The notes under the pieces were generated by a model. That model was not told the origin of the DNA. It did not search any database and saw only the letters and a program-made list of their open reading frames with translations. Source: Negaprion brevirostris (lineage: Eukaryota). From it: a stretch of 64,000 nt of DNA. Numbering within the stretch: the stretch's first letter is position 1; each line of letters opens with the position of its first letter. Positions 27,181-38,669 of this stretch are shown here, in pieces. Location of the stretch: positions 61,528,424-61,592,423 of the forward strand of contig JARDVH010000025.1 of assembly GCA_030324005.1 (NCBI GenBank). Direction: 5' to 3'. Both the position numbers and the translations under genes were made by a program.

Positions 27181-27207
27181 AAGCAAATCTGGTGAAGGAA
27201 ATGTCAT
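27181..27207 (-). CDS. Candidate 27-nt microexon, MTFPSPDLL (unverified)
   Basis: U-rich tract ...ttatttattgtgctttgttag|ATGACATTTCCTTCACCAGATTTGCTT|gtatgt; phase 0-0, no stop, in the intron after the IWLYRD microexon. Confidence 0.35.
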
Positions 27208-28349
27208 CTAACAAAGCACAATAAATAACGTGAATAAATAAAAGCACAAAAGGATGCTTGCAAATAATAAAGCTACAGTGAAAATGGTGCATTTATACTG
27301 CCATTATAACAATGCCATGATGCAGTTTCAGCTTTGCAGCAAAATTAAAGCTGTAATATCAACTTAGAATCAGGCAGAAGAAGCACTGAGAAATTCCTGA
27401 AAGGGTGGGCTTTAATCCGGATTTTAAAAGTTCTCAGACATTTTTGAAACATACCTGGCTTCAGTTAAATGGTTAGAGTGCATGTGCTTGCATCTTGACT
27501 CCTTGAGTGTTTTCAATTTTAATTCTTTTATGTATTCCAACTAGGGAACATAAAATAGGTAGTCTCTGGCTGGAATCCATACTCCAGCCATGAGACTCAG
27601 ACCATGACTGGCTTTCGTTTGAGACAGCGTGGAAGAGACAAAAGGAGGGAGGGAGAGAGAAACTTTAAAAAATCCTTTTTGAAACTATCTAAAAATGAAA
27701 TTTAAATACAGCATAGATGTGAGATTCAGGGCATTGTCTGTCATTGATATGTCTGAACAAAAACAAATTTCAAATATGTTTTTTTTTGAAAAAAGGGTGA
27801 GGTGTAATATCTAGCCAACCTAATTGAAGTATCTTGCTTGTTTCAGTACTTCAAATACATATTTATTTACAGTGCTACAGTGGATGTCATGATGACTCAT
27901 TGCTTACAGTGGTTCTGTTGGAAATGTTCTATGCAGGAAGCATTTAAATGAAGAGTGTTATACAAATGCAGGCATAAAATGTAGCCGTGTTGAAAAATCT
28001 GAGCTTAATTAATGTTTTGAGTTTCATGAAAATCTATTACAATATTTTTCGTTTATTGAAAGGAAATTTTCACATTCAATTATTGATACTTAAACAAAAG
28101 AGGTACATTGAAAGCTGAAAACATGGTGTCAACAATGGACAATTTTTTTCCTCTATTAATGCAGAGAAGCAGAATTAGAAGTAAGCACGTGAAATTTTGT
28201 TCAGCTGAAATTCAATATTAACATTTTCTAAAAACTTGGACTTTAATCTTAGAATCCTGTTGCTGCTACAAATCTTGGTGAAAAGGTTGGTAATTTACAT
28301 GATAAATTCTGTGTGGCTATTTTCATTAACAAGTTATTCATGTTTGTGA

Positions 28350-28590
28350 TGATGATATGAAGATGCTGGCGTTGGACTAGGGTGGACACAGTAAGAAGTC
28401 TCACACAACAGGTTAACGTCCAAAAGGTTTATTTGGAATCAAGAGCTTTCGGAGCACTGCTCCTTCATCAGGTGAGTCTGCCAAGTCACAGTACACACGC
28501 CTGATGAAGGAGCAGCTCTTCGAAAGCTCATGATTCCAACTAAACTTGTTGGACTTTAACGTGATGTTGTGAGACTTTTTAATGTGTTTG
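28350..28590. mobile_element. Fold-back Penelope-like element (family A) with two inverted hammerhead motifs
   Basis: Inverted arms of about 90 bp (about 28386-28474 and 28498-28588), each containing CTGATGAAGGAGC..GAAAGCTC. Confidence 0.75.
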
Positions 28591-29647
28591 TGGTGTTCAG
28601 GGGCCATTGGAAAAGATGAGGTTTCACAGGAGTTAACAGTCTTGGATTCTGTTCAACTTTTTGTCCAGACAATAATTTACTGTAAGCAAGATTTTGGCAA
28701 GCATTGGAATAAATTGTAATGTTTTGCACTGACATTACTTGCGTTTTCATAGGCCAATGTATTATTAAACTTCAGTATTACAGGATACTGTTTCCAACCC
28801 ATTTTATAAATTGTTTTCACTTGGTCTTGAGAGCAATACTACACAACACACACACAATAGTGTGCAACTGCACAATGCACTTAGATGTACTTACATTATA
28901 CTGGCTTGAAATGGACCACATTGTCAACCATGTGCAAATTTCAATTTAGATTCATGATAAGGACCATGAAACAGTACAGTCATTTCCTTTACACTTTAAT
29001 TGACAACTTCACAAAATTGGTAATTTTTGAAATATCACTGACCCAAAAAGAGGAATTAAGCCTCTGTTTTAAAAGCATACAGCTATTAATTTCACCTAAA
29101 ACATATGCACTAAACAAAATTCTAAGAAGACCAGATAACCATAAAAGATATATAACAATGACTAATTTACATGCATGAGTTCACCTCTTCATTCTCTTCA
29201 TTGTGTGCATCTTTAGGCATTGTTCGTTAACAGTATATTTCAAACTCAAACAATTTGCAACTTTAGCTCGTTGAATTTTAATAAACTGATGCTTGAAATG
29301 ACAATGAAGCCACTGGTATGCAGTTATTTTGGCTGCCTCCAAATAATGTATATTTGTAGGCTAATGCAGAATATAGACCAAATTGATTTAATTCAGCAAG
29401 ATGGATGTGTACTTTACACTGTGGTTTTTTTTTCATAACATACAATAATGCAAAGGATAAATGTTGTTCCTACACAAGAGATCACAGGAGTCCAACTGAA
29501 AATCACAAGTCAATTTTTACGAAGAGAATCAAATGGGTTTGCTCAGTTATCTGCTGCATGTACTGCTTGTTTTAGTAGCATGTTTGTATATTAAATGAAT
29601 TGGTATTAAAATTAAAAAAAATCTAGCTTTTTCAGTGAGATACTTAC

Positions 29648-29665
29648 ATCCCTGTACAGCCATAT
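29648..29665 (-). CDS. PTPRK: PTPRK 18-nt microexon, IWLYRD, inserted in D1
   Basis: ctgtag|ATATGGCTGTACAGGGAT|gtaagt; phase 0-0; peptide recognised from PTPRK isoforms. Confidence 0.92.
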
Positions 29666-29828
29666 CTACAGCCCAAATCAAAGCCAGATGTGAAAGAAAG
29701 CACAACAGTGTCAGTGAGTGCCAGCAAATTGAATATACAAGGAGCAAATTTTAAGAGTTGCAATCTTTAGACACAACACAGGAAAGAAAATCAAATGCAG
29801 TATTGTAGTACTGGGAAATGTAACTTAC

Positions 29829-29905
29829 ATCAATATAATTTGCATTAATGTAATCTGATGTTGAGTCATCCTCTAATGGCTGTAAAATTACTCTGGAATG
29901 GTCAT
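29829..29905 (-). CDS. PTPRK: PTPRK exon (77 nt): (Y)DHSRVILQPLEDDSTSDYINANYID
   Basis: cctgtag|AT GAC ... ATT GAT|gtaagt; DYINA motif. Confidence 0.95.
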
Positions 29906-32130
29906 CTACAGGAAACACAATGCACACACTGAATTTATTTTCTTTTCAGGAAGTGACATACAGCACTTAAGCATTATTAAATGTGCTAAAACTGATCTGG
30001 AGTTACTCCGTTATTCACCTTTAGTTTCAAAATACCATTTTCTAACTTTCAACTGACAGAAAATTATGCAAATGGAACTGAGACAGAGAAACGCAAGGCC
30101 ACATTCCAGCATTGGATGCGAGAAACAGACAAAGCACCCTCAGGGCTACGTGAAGAGAGAGATGTTTTCTATAATCCACAGACCCATTGAAACCTCTAAT
30201 TGCCTGAGGAAGTGATCTTAAAAATGGATATTGAAACAATACCCCTTGGAAATACATAATGAGTGAAGTATTTCAAGGCAAGGCTGCCAACCAGAGAGAT
30301 TGCAAGTGATATAGAAAGCCTCATGTCCAGAAATCCTTCAGCAGAGAAAACAAGCTGAGGGCTGCTTGCTCCTTTGCCTCCCTCTCATGGAATAAGCATA
30401 TCACCTGATTCAAGAAGGCAACTTTAAAAAAACTATAAGCAAATTAAGATCTCTTAATAATTCCAGCATCTTCTACTTTTGACTGCACCTAAGAAACCAG
30501 CTAATCCAGATCAGCCGCAACATTTAAAAGCTATGTCTCAAGGACAATCAAAGGATGCTGACCATGTATTCTTCTATCTTTTTTATTGGACTCTGACTCT
30601 CCTTATTTCTGATACCTGTTTTGTGTACATGTGGGTTCTAATGCACAAGGGCTGAATAGTTGACATCACGTTTTTAATCATTTTTTTTCAGATCAAATGG
30701 TTGATAAATTAGCTTTTTCGTTAACACAATAAATCTTGTTTGAGTGGCTTCTTACTACTCCATAGCTTGAATGGTCAAACACATTCAGATATAAAAAGGC
30801 ATATCCTCATGAGAAATAAAAGTAAACATTTGTTGTGACCATCTGAGGAGGTTCAATAGGGCGGAACCAGTTCACCCCTTTTCATTGGTCATAACATACG
30901 GGAAACAAATTTTAAAATCATGTGAACACACAACATTAAGCAAGCAATTTAAGAACCATATTCTGAGTTTGGTCCAGGAACTGATTCTTTTGCTTTCCTG
31001 CGTAGCAACAATATACAAATTTTTGAAAATTGTAAATTTGCACTATCTNNNNNNNNNNNNNNNNNNNNNNNNNNNNNNNNNNNNNNNNNNNNNNNNNNNN
31101 NNNNNNNNNNNNNNNNNNNNNNNNNNNNNNNNNNNNNNNNNNNNNNNNTTGAAAATTGTTAATTTGCACTATCTGACATGCTTCAAGAGCACTGCACATC
31201 TTTCAGCATATGGAGGTGGAAAAGATTGCATTGAATATTATGTCCATGATGAAAGCTTATTATATGGTTGAATTGTGGTTGATTATTAGTGAAAATTACA
31301 TACAACATTGCAAAAGGTAATTACAGTTTTGTATTACTACCCATTAAAGAACTTAATAAAAATTATGCAGTACAGAACTTTGTTCATTTGGCTGATCAGT
31401 TGTGCACTCACCTCTGCCGGTGGGTTGTACAGTCAAGCCTCACTCAATTAACTTTATAACAATATTTACAAAGGGGAAGTAGGTTTAAATGTCTCACAGG
31501 CAACATAATTTACATCCATGTTTAGGAAAAGGGATAAAAGATGAAATTCTGGAAATGATTCCATACAGGCTTCCAACGATAGGCTGCAATCAAAGGGAAC
31601 ACAGAGCAGTAACATGGCTGCAAACCAGAACCCTTGACTCCATTATCTGTCCCAATTTTGAACATCGCAATTAGTCTGATCTCAGCTGTGTATCAACCTC
31701 TAGCATCCATAATGCAGGATAAATGAGTGAACAATTAAGGAAACAGGCATCATCAGAAGTAACCAGCATGGATTGTAATGGACAGATCATGCTCAACCAA
31801 TTTATACTTTGAGACAATCACAGTGTACATAGTTGAAGTGAATGGCTGTTGTTATAGTTGTAGATTTGTCAGCAAGTATTTGATAAGGTGCTCCTTGTTG
31901 CAAAACCTGAGTGTGTGACACGAAAAGAAAGGCAACAAAATGAATAGAAGATATTTTAGGAAAGAACAAGAGTGAATTTAAAATATTCAAAAGATTGTCG
32001 TATGTTTGACATTTTTCTGTTCCATAGAATAACCTGAAGAAATTCAGATTAAAAAGTTACATTTTCATAGAGACATCCAAATTGTGATAACAATAAATTG
32101 TGGATCATAGCTGTTTATAGATCAACTCAC

Positions 32131-32218
32131 AAGCTATAATATTTCCATAGCGATTCTTTGTTCTGTTCTGATCCTTCTTGGCAACATCCCAGGAAGCAGA
32201 CTGCCCTTCAAAGAAACT
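32131..32218 (-). CDS. PTPRK: PTPRK exon (88 nt): [29 protein letters not shown] (D1 KNRY loop)
   Basis: ttgcag|AGT TTC ... GCT T|gtgagt. Confidence 0.95.
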
Positions 32219-34379
32219 CTGCAAAAGAACAATTTTGTTGACAAGAATGATTCCTGCCTTTCATGAAAGCCAACAAATCTAAATTTCATAAAAATCTTCT
32301 AATTAACAACTCTTGCTTAAAATGCACTAATTATAGTTACTGCATTATTTTAACCAAAAGTGAATAATTCTAAGTTCTATACACATATACTGTACAATAA
32401 TAAAAAAAGAAAAATTTTGACCTTGGATAAATGTTATACATGATGCACCTTCATGCATTTAAAAATACTTAGATGTAAAGATGATGTGCTGCAACCTGCA
32501 TAGATATGGATCAAGGGCTAGAACAGGAGGATCAGGCTGGATTGCTGTGCTCTGTCTGCACAGGCACAGTGGGCTGCAAAGCCTCCTTCCATGCCATAGA
32601 TTTTCTAGGTCTCTTTGTTCACACTGAGGTGCCCTACACTGCAAGATTTAAACAGCATATTTTACATGAAATATTATCAGATCATTTGGGATGGTAAATT
32701 ATTTAAAAGTCATTTTTGTGGGTGTGAAACATAATAAACTGCAGCAAATTTGAAGCAACATGTGGCTTTTCTGCTATTTCTTTCGCTAATCATAAAGTGC
32801 AAACAGGATTTGCTCAGAAACAACAAATTTCTACAGGAAACGTTGCCAGCAAAACCACAACTACTGGCTCAATGGTTTGAACTATCTCGCATTTGTTTTC
32901 AAATCTCAAAACCCTGAGGTTTTGACATGAGACAAGCCAAAGAGATTACAAAAAACATAGTTGAAACAGTAATTCAATAAAAATAAGAACAAAAACCAGC
33001 ACAGTACCATCTATACTCATGGCGAGTACTATGGCTAACGAATATATTGCTTTTCCAGGAAAAATAACAATCGCTATACTGGAATATATTCTTAACACAT
33101 TTAATTTCAGTTCTAATGAATCCCAATCTTCCGTGGTATGAAAGAAGTAATGACACAATATTGTTTTTCTGGTAATTTGTTACCAAATGAGTCATAATCC
33201 TAATACACTGCCTATGAGGGCATATTCTGTACTTTCAGGTAAAACAATCAATTTTACTATATTCATTTGAAGTTGAATTTTGTTGGTTGGATAACAATGT
33301 GTTTGCAACAACTGAGAATCTAAATAATGAGAACCAAGCTAAGGAACAAGTGATTCAGTTTAAATTAACTAATTTTGTCTGCAAGTTACATCAGTGATTA
33401 TCTGTCAGCTGCTGGTGCTGGTAGTCAAAATATTTCTAACACTGCTGTATGTATCTGCTTAAATCTGTTACAATCCTAAGGTTAGTAAGTGTCTTGTATT
33501 TTGGGTCTGTCTCTTTAACTTAAGATAAAATGAAGGGGGTCATGTGACCAGTGCTGAAGTTTGCCCGACAGCAACCCTGAGTAGTTCGCATGTTGGAGAT
33601 TAAAAGGCGCCCAAACTACTTTTCTGGGAAGAAGCAAGGGGCCAACAACAGATAGATCCAAGTGAATCTAAAATTCCAGAGAAGTGTTGAGAATCTCAGG
33701 TTGTAAACACTTGTGCTGCAAACTGTTCATTTAGTTCCAAGATGCAAAAGAGTTGTGCCCTCAAAAGATCGCTAACCAGCATTTCTACCTGGTTACAACG
33801 CTCAAGTGAGTCATGCAGCCCTGGAAATGAGCTTTGAGAGGGGAAGGATTTCTAAAATATCTCAGAAAATTCACTGACAAGGTTAGTCTGCCAGGATCTG
33901 GGTCAAATTACAGATAGCGGGCAAAATTCCTGACAGTTCAGTGCGTTGGAATGTGGATTGAAGTTTGCAGCTTGATTCAAATGACCATATTTCTGAGGAG
34001 TTCAAACAAAGCGGCACAATTTGCCCTATAGGGAGAATTTCCAGGCCAGTTCTGGAAATTACCAATCTGAGAAAGGAAAAGAACAGAAGTAAAGCCTTGG
34101 GAGCTAAGAATTACTTTGGGACAATTGTAACATATACCAGATTTTTCATATGTACTAAAAATAAGAAGGGGTATTCTATTCTGTGATTTTAAGATACAAG
34201 CTTCCTACAAAGATAGTGTTTAGTTAGTTTTTTTTATTACAGTAATTATCTTAAACATAGAAATCTTGTTACGTCATCCTTTCAGTATCAACTGGGAATT
34301 TCAAGTTTCTATTTAGAAGTTATCCCTCTCCACAGATGTCACTGAGCTGCAACTATGAGGTTGAGAGCTTTGTTGACAG

Positions 34380-35720
34380 CTCGCTTATATGTGTAATCAC
34401 CTCTCAACTTAAGCATATGCAAGGAGAGGGGGAATGGGTGACCATCAGGCAAGTAAAGAAGGTAATGCAGATGATGTGAAAGTAATGCAATACCAGTGAG
34501 AGAAAGGCTTCATCTTGCATGAGCAGCCAGAGCCAAATCCATAGCGCCATGGCTGGGTCAGCTATAGTAAGAAGTCTCACAAGACCAGGTTAAAGTCCAA
34601 CAAGTTTTTGTGTCAGCTATGCCAGAGGACAGACAGAAGATTGGAAAAGCAATAATGATAGAGGATTTGATAGTTAGAATAACAGACATGTGTTTCTGTG
34701 GCTGCAAATGTGGATGATATGTTGCCTCTCTGGTGCCGGGGTAAAGGATGTCACTGAGCAACTGCACAGCACTCTGAGGGGGGAGGGTGAACAGCCAATA
34801 GTTGTGGTCCACGTTGGTGATAATGACAACGGCAGAAAGAGAAATGTCGTCCCCCAATCAGTATTTTGGGAATTACAGCAAAAACAAGCAAGCAGAACCT
34901 TAATGTTAGCAATCTCTGGATTATTTCCAGTACAACATGCGATTATAGAAATTGAAGGATAAAGTAGATAAGTGTGTGGCTGGAAAGATGTTGCAGGAGG
35001 GTGGGCTTTAGATTCCTAAGACATTTGGACCAATTCTGGGGGTAATGAAATCCATTCAAGCTGAACGGATCTCACCCAAACACAACTGGGATGAAGCTCC
35101 TTGTGGGATAATTTGTTAATGCTTTGGAGGGGGTTTAAACTAAATTGGTAGGAGACTGTGAATCANNNNNNNNNNCAGGAGGTCAAAGCAGACAGAAACA
35201 CTCAGGTGCACAGAACATCAGGAGGGTCAGAAATACAAAGTTTTAGGTGGATGGACCAAGAAGGAATTGAATAATGTCTAAATTAGGATTCTTGTGCATG
35301 TATGTTAAGGTGCACTGTGTGGTACATAAGATTGGTGAGCTGCAGATGATCATGTAGAAACATGAAGCAATAATGGAGATATGGCTCAAAGGAAGAACAA
35401 GACAGGCATTACTCCTAGATTCAAGATGTTCAGCAAAGATAGGGAAAGAATAAAAGGAAGAGATAGCATCATTGGTTAAGAAGAGGATTGCTATGCATCA
35501 CAGGAATTTATTTGGCATAGCCAAGAAACAATAAACGTAAATGGTAAAAACATCAGTTTGTATGCTCTACAGATCACCTCCTAATGGGATTGCAAGGCAA
35601 TGACAGAGAAAAGTAAGAATGATAAGCAGTTAAAAGGAGAGACTGGAATTAACATAAAAGAGATTGTGATAGTAAAAATGTAAAGAACTGAGAACAGAAA
35701 TCATTTGTAGAGTATATTCA
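34380..35720 (+). mobile_element. CR1 5' region: ORF1 (SGNH-esterase-like) and start of the ORF2 endonuclease, decayed
   Basis: ICCLSGAGVKDVTEQLHSTLRGEGEQPIVVVHVGDND; EIWL..F.KDRE..KG remnants. Confidence 0.8.
34566..34611 (-). mobile_element. 46-nt fragment of Penelope-like family A with a 9-bp target-site duplication
   Basis: gtcagctat at 34557-34565 and 34612-34620 flank agtaagaagtctcacaagaccaggttaaagtccaacaag, which matches 28390-28430. Confidence 0.8.
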
Positions 35721-36085
35721 GGATACACCAAGGTACATTCAAATAGGGGAAAAAAAAACACTCTGGATAATGAATAAGATAAAGTGCAAGATGAAGCAAA
35801 AAAAGTGCAGGTAACATATTAAATAGATAACACAATTGTGAATTAGGTGAAATGTTGGATGTGTTAAGAATTATTTTTTCACAGAATGAGGGCATCACCG
35901 AATAGTCTTTAATACCCATTCCTAATTGTTCTTGGGAAGGTGGTGATGGTAATTTGGCTTCTTGAACTACTGCAGCCTACGTAATNNNNNNNNNNNNNNN
36001 NNNNNNNNNNNNNNNNNNNNNNNNNNNNNNNNNNNNNNNNNNNNNNNNNNNNNNNNNNNNNNNNNNNNNNNNNNNNNNNNNNNNN

Positions 36086-36290
36086 CCCTCATTCTTCTAA
36101 ACTCTTAACGAGTACAAGCCTAGTTTATTCAACCTCTCCTCATAGCTAAACCCCCTCAACTCTGGTATCAGCCTAGTGAACCTCCTCTGCACTCCCTCCA
36201 AGGCCAAAATATCCCTGCATAAGTGTGGCAACCAAAACTGCACACAGTACTCCAGCTGTGGCCTCACCAGTGCCCTGTACAGTTGCAGCA
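36086..36290 (-). mobile_element. Well-preserved CR1 ORF2 fragment
   Basis: LQLYRALVRPQLEYCVQFWLPHLCRDILALEGVQRRFTRLIPELRGFSYEERLNKLGLYSL. Confidence 0.9.
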
Positions 36291-36374
36291 AGACACTGGT
36301 TAGTTATAGCTAGGGTGTAGAGAAAGATCAACTTAATATAAGGAAGGTCCATTCAAAAGTCTGACAACTGCCAA

Positions 36375-36610
36375 GGCCAATGACCTAATCAATAAGTTGC
36401 TATTTGCTCACTCTGAAGGTTGTTGACAACTTCATATACCTTGGATTATCGATTAGCAGGAAATTGCCTGTTGACACTAAAATCACCACCACAATTGCCA
36501 AGGCCATCATTGTCATGTTAACATTGATAAGTCAAATCTGGATCAACAGCAAACTAGCTGAAAATACAAAGTTCTGTGTGTACCAAACTTGTGCTCTCAG
36601 CAACCTCCTG
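36375..36610 (+). mobile_element. RTE fragment
   Basis: LKVVDNFIYLG..IW.NSKLAENTK.CVYQTCALSNLL. Confidence 0.75.
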
Positions 36611-36614
36611 AAGG

Positions 36615-37570
36615 TTTTGCGAGATTCTAGAACTGTCACAGTGCACCAGAATTTGCAAACATGAGCCCGCTGTTCAGGAAAGGAGGGAGAGGGAAATCAG
36701 CTAACTACAGGCTAATTAGCCTGACATGATTATTCAGGAAAATGCTTGAATCTATTATTAGACATGTAATATATGGCACTGTGAAAATCACATGACTAAG
36801 CAGGCTCAACATGGATTTGCGCAAGGAAAATTGTGCTTACAGTCACAGAATGATTACAGCACAGGAGGGCATTTGGTGCATCATGCCCATACTTGACAAA
36901 AATTTTTTGAGGTTTTAACTAGTTGGGTATATAAAGTGGAGTGAAATGGGACTGATGGATGAAGTGCATTTCGAATTTCTAAATGCATTCAATAAGATGA
37001 GGATTAGAAGAAACATACTGGCATAAATTGAGGGCTAGTTATCAATTAGAAATTAGAGTCTAGGAATGAATGGGTTATTTTCAGTTTGGCAGATTGATGA
37101 GGGAACCCAGCATAATAAAGTGCAATGTTTGCTGACAATACAAAGTGAGATCAGAAAGGAACCTGAGGAGAATACAAAGGGACTGCAAAAAGATATAACA
37201 TATTAAACGAATGAGCAAAACACAGCAGATGGAACATAATGTGAACAAGTGTGAATTTGGTGAGCAAATCAAAACAAGAGACTTTTTTTAAAAAATGGAG
37301 AGAGACTGAAATGTTTGTATTTAGAAGTGCTTGGCTGTCCTTGTAACAAATCACAGGAAATTAAGCTGCATGTATTTCAAGAATTAGGATGGCAAATTAT
37401 ATTTTAGCTTTAATTATAAAGGGATTGAAGCAGAGCTTTACTGTTGTTGTATAAGGTCATAATTAGACCTCGCCCAAAATAACATGCACAGTTTTGGTTT
37501 AGCTACATAAGGATATATTTGCCTTACAAGGTGTTCAGTGAAGATTGACAACAAGGATTTCTTTGATGAA
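36615..37570 (+). mobile_element. Decayed CR1 RT fragment
   Basis: PLFRKGGR..NYRLISLT; QHGFAQGKLCL; FADNTK remnants. Confidence 0.8.
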
Positions 37571-38499
37571 GATTTGAATGTATGTTGCAGTACGTGGATG
37601 ATTTACTCTTAGTTGCAACAGTTGATGAACATCTCAAATTATTGTTTGAGATCATAATTTGAGATCATATATCCTTATGTAGCTAAACCATAATTAACAA
37701 TGTTGTTTTCCTGGAAATCTTGATAACATGTAGACTGAACCCAGATGGTCACAAGATAGAAGTCATTTAGCAGTAGTCTCTGCCCAGTGTCCAAGTCTTC
37801 ACTTTGCTTTGGGATTGGTAAGTTACTTACATAGCTTTATTCCAGGTTCTGCAGAGATGGTCAAACCTCTGTATAGACTTTGTAAATGCTAGGAAGNNNN
37901 NNNNNNATTGTCCGCAAAATACATTAATGCGATGAATAAGTTAACAGTAGCAGTTACATGTAGGCTACCAGTTTAGTAGCCATTTCATTTCAGGTGGAAG
38001 CAGTTTCCACAAAGAATATAGCGACAATATTAGGACACAGGTATCCAGTACGTCTTGGCATCCAACAGGCAACAGGCCTTATTTATTAATAATATTTATT
38101 AGCTATCTGTTGGATAGTAATGCTATTTCACTTATCAGGGGCCTACAAAAAATCATCATTCCTTCACCTCAAATTCTTTTGAATTTATAGTTGAAACCAG
38201 GAGACATTTTAGTAACATCACTAGAATTACAGTAAGTGTCTGCTTAACTTTATTTCACTTTCATGTCATTAATTTAATGTCATTTTATCCAATTAGCATT
38301 AGCACCACAGACTTCCTCTTCTGCGACCTGCCTGTTCGCATGACCTTTTCGGAGCACTTGCGCTCTCGTTCTCCATTTCTCTTTCCTCCATGGCTGACCT
38401 TGTTCCGCAGTCTTGCCTCTGGATACTGCTTCCTGGCCATGCCTCCAATGTTGCATCCCAGCCTCTGTTCTTACCTTAGTCCCTGGGTCTGTTCTTGCA

Positions 38500-38572
38500 G
38501 CTTCACTCTTGCCTCCTCCACTGGCTTCACTCTCGCTTCCTCCACTGGCTTCACTCCTGACTCCTCTGCTGC
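38500..38572. repeat. About 3 copies of a 24-nt tandem unit (gcttcactct.gc.tcctccactg)
   Basis: Direct reading. Confidence 0.75.
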
Positions 38573-38597
38573 TAAATTTGCACTGAAGTCCTGAGAC

Positions 38598-38669
38598 CCA
38601 TCTAGTGGCAGACATTGGTCAGCTAAGGGAGTCTTATGTCTCCATCTACTACCTGCCACCAGATGGAGC
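38598..38669. promoter_or_regulatory. Inverted pair of CTCF-like motifs
   Basis: CTGCCACTAGATGG on - (38598-38611) and CTGCCACCAGATGGAGC on + (38653-38669) resemble the CCACYAGRKGGC consensus. Confidence 0.5.
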
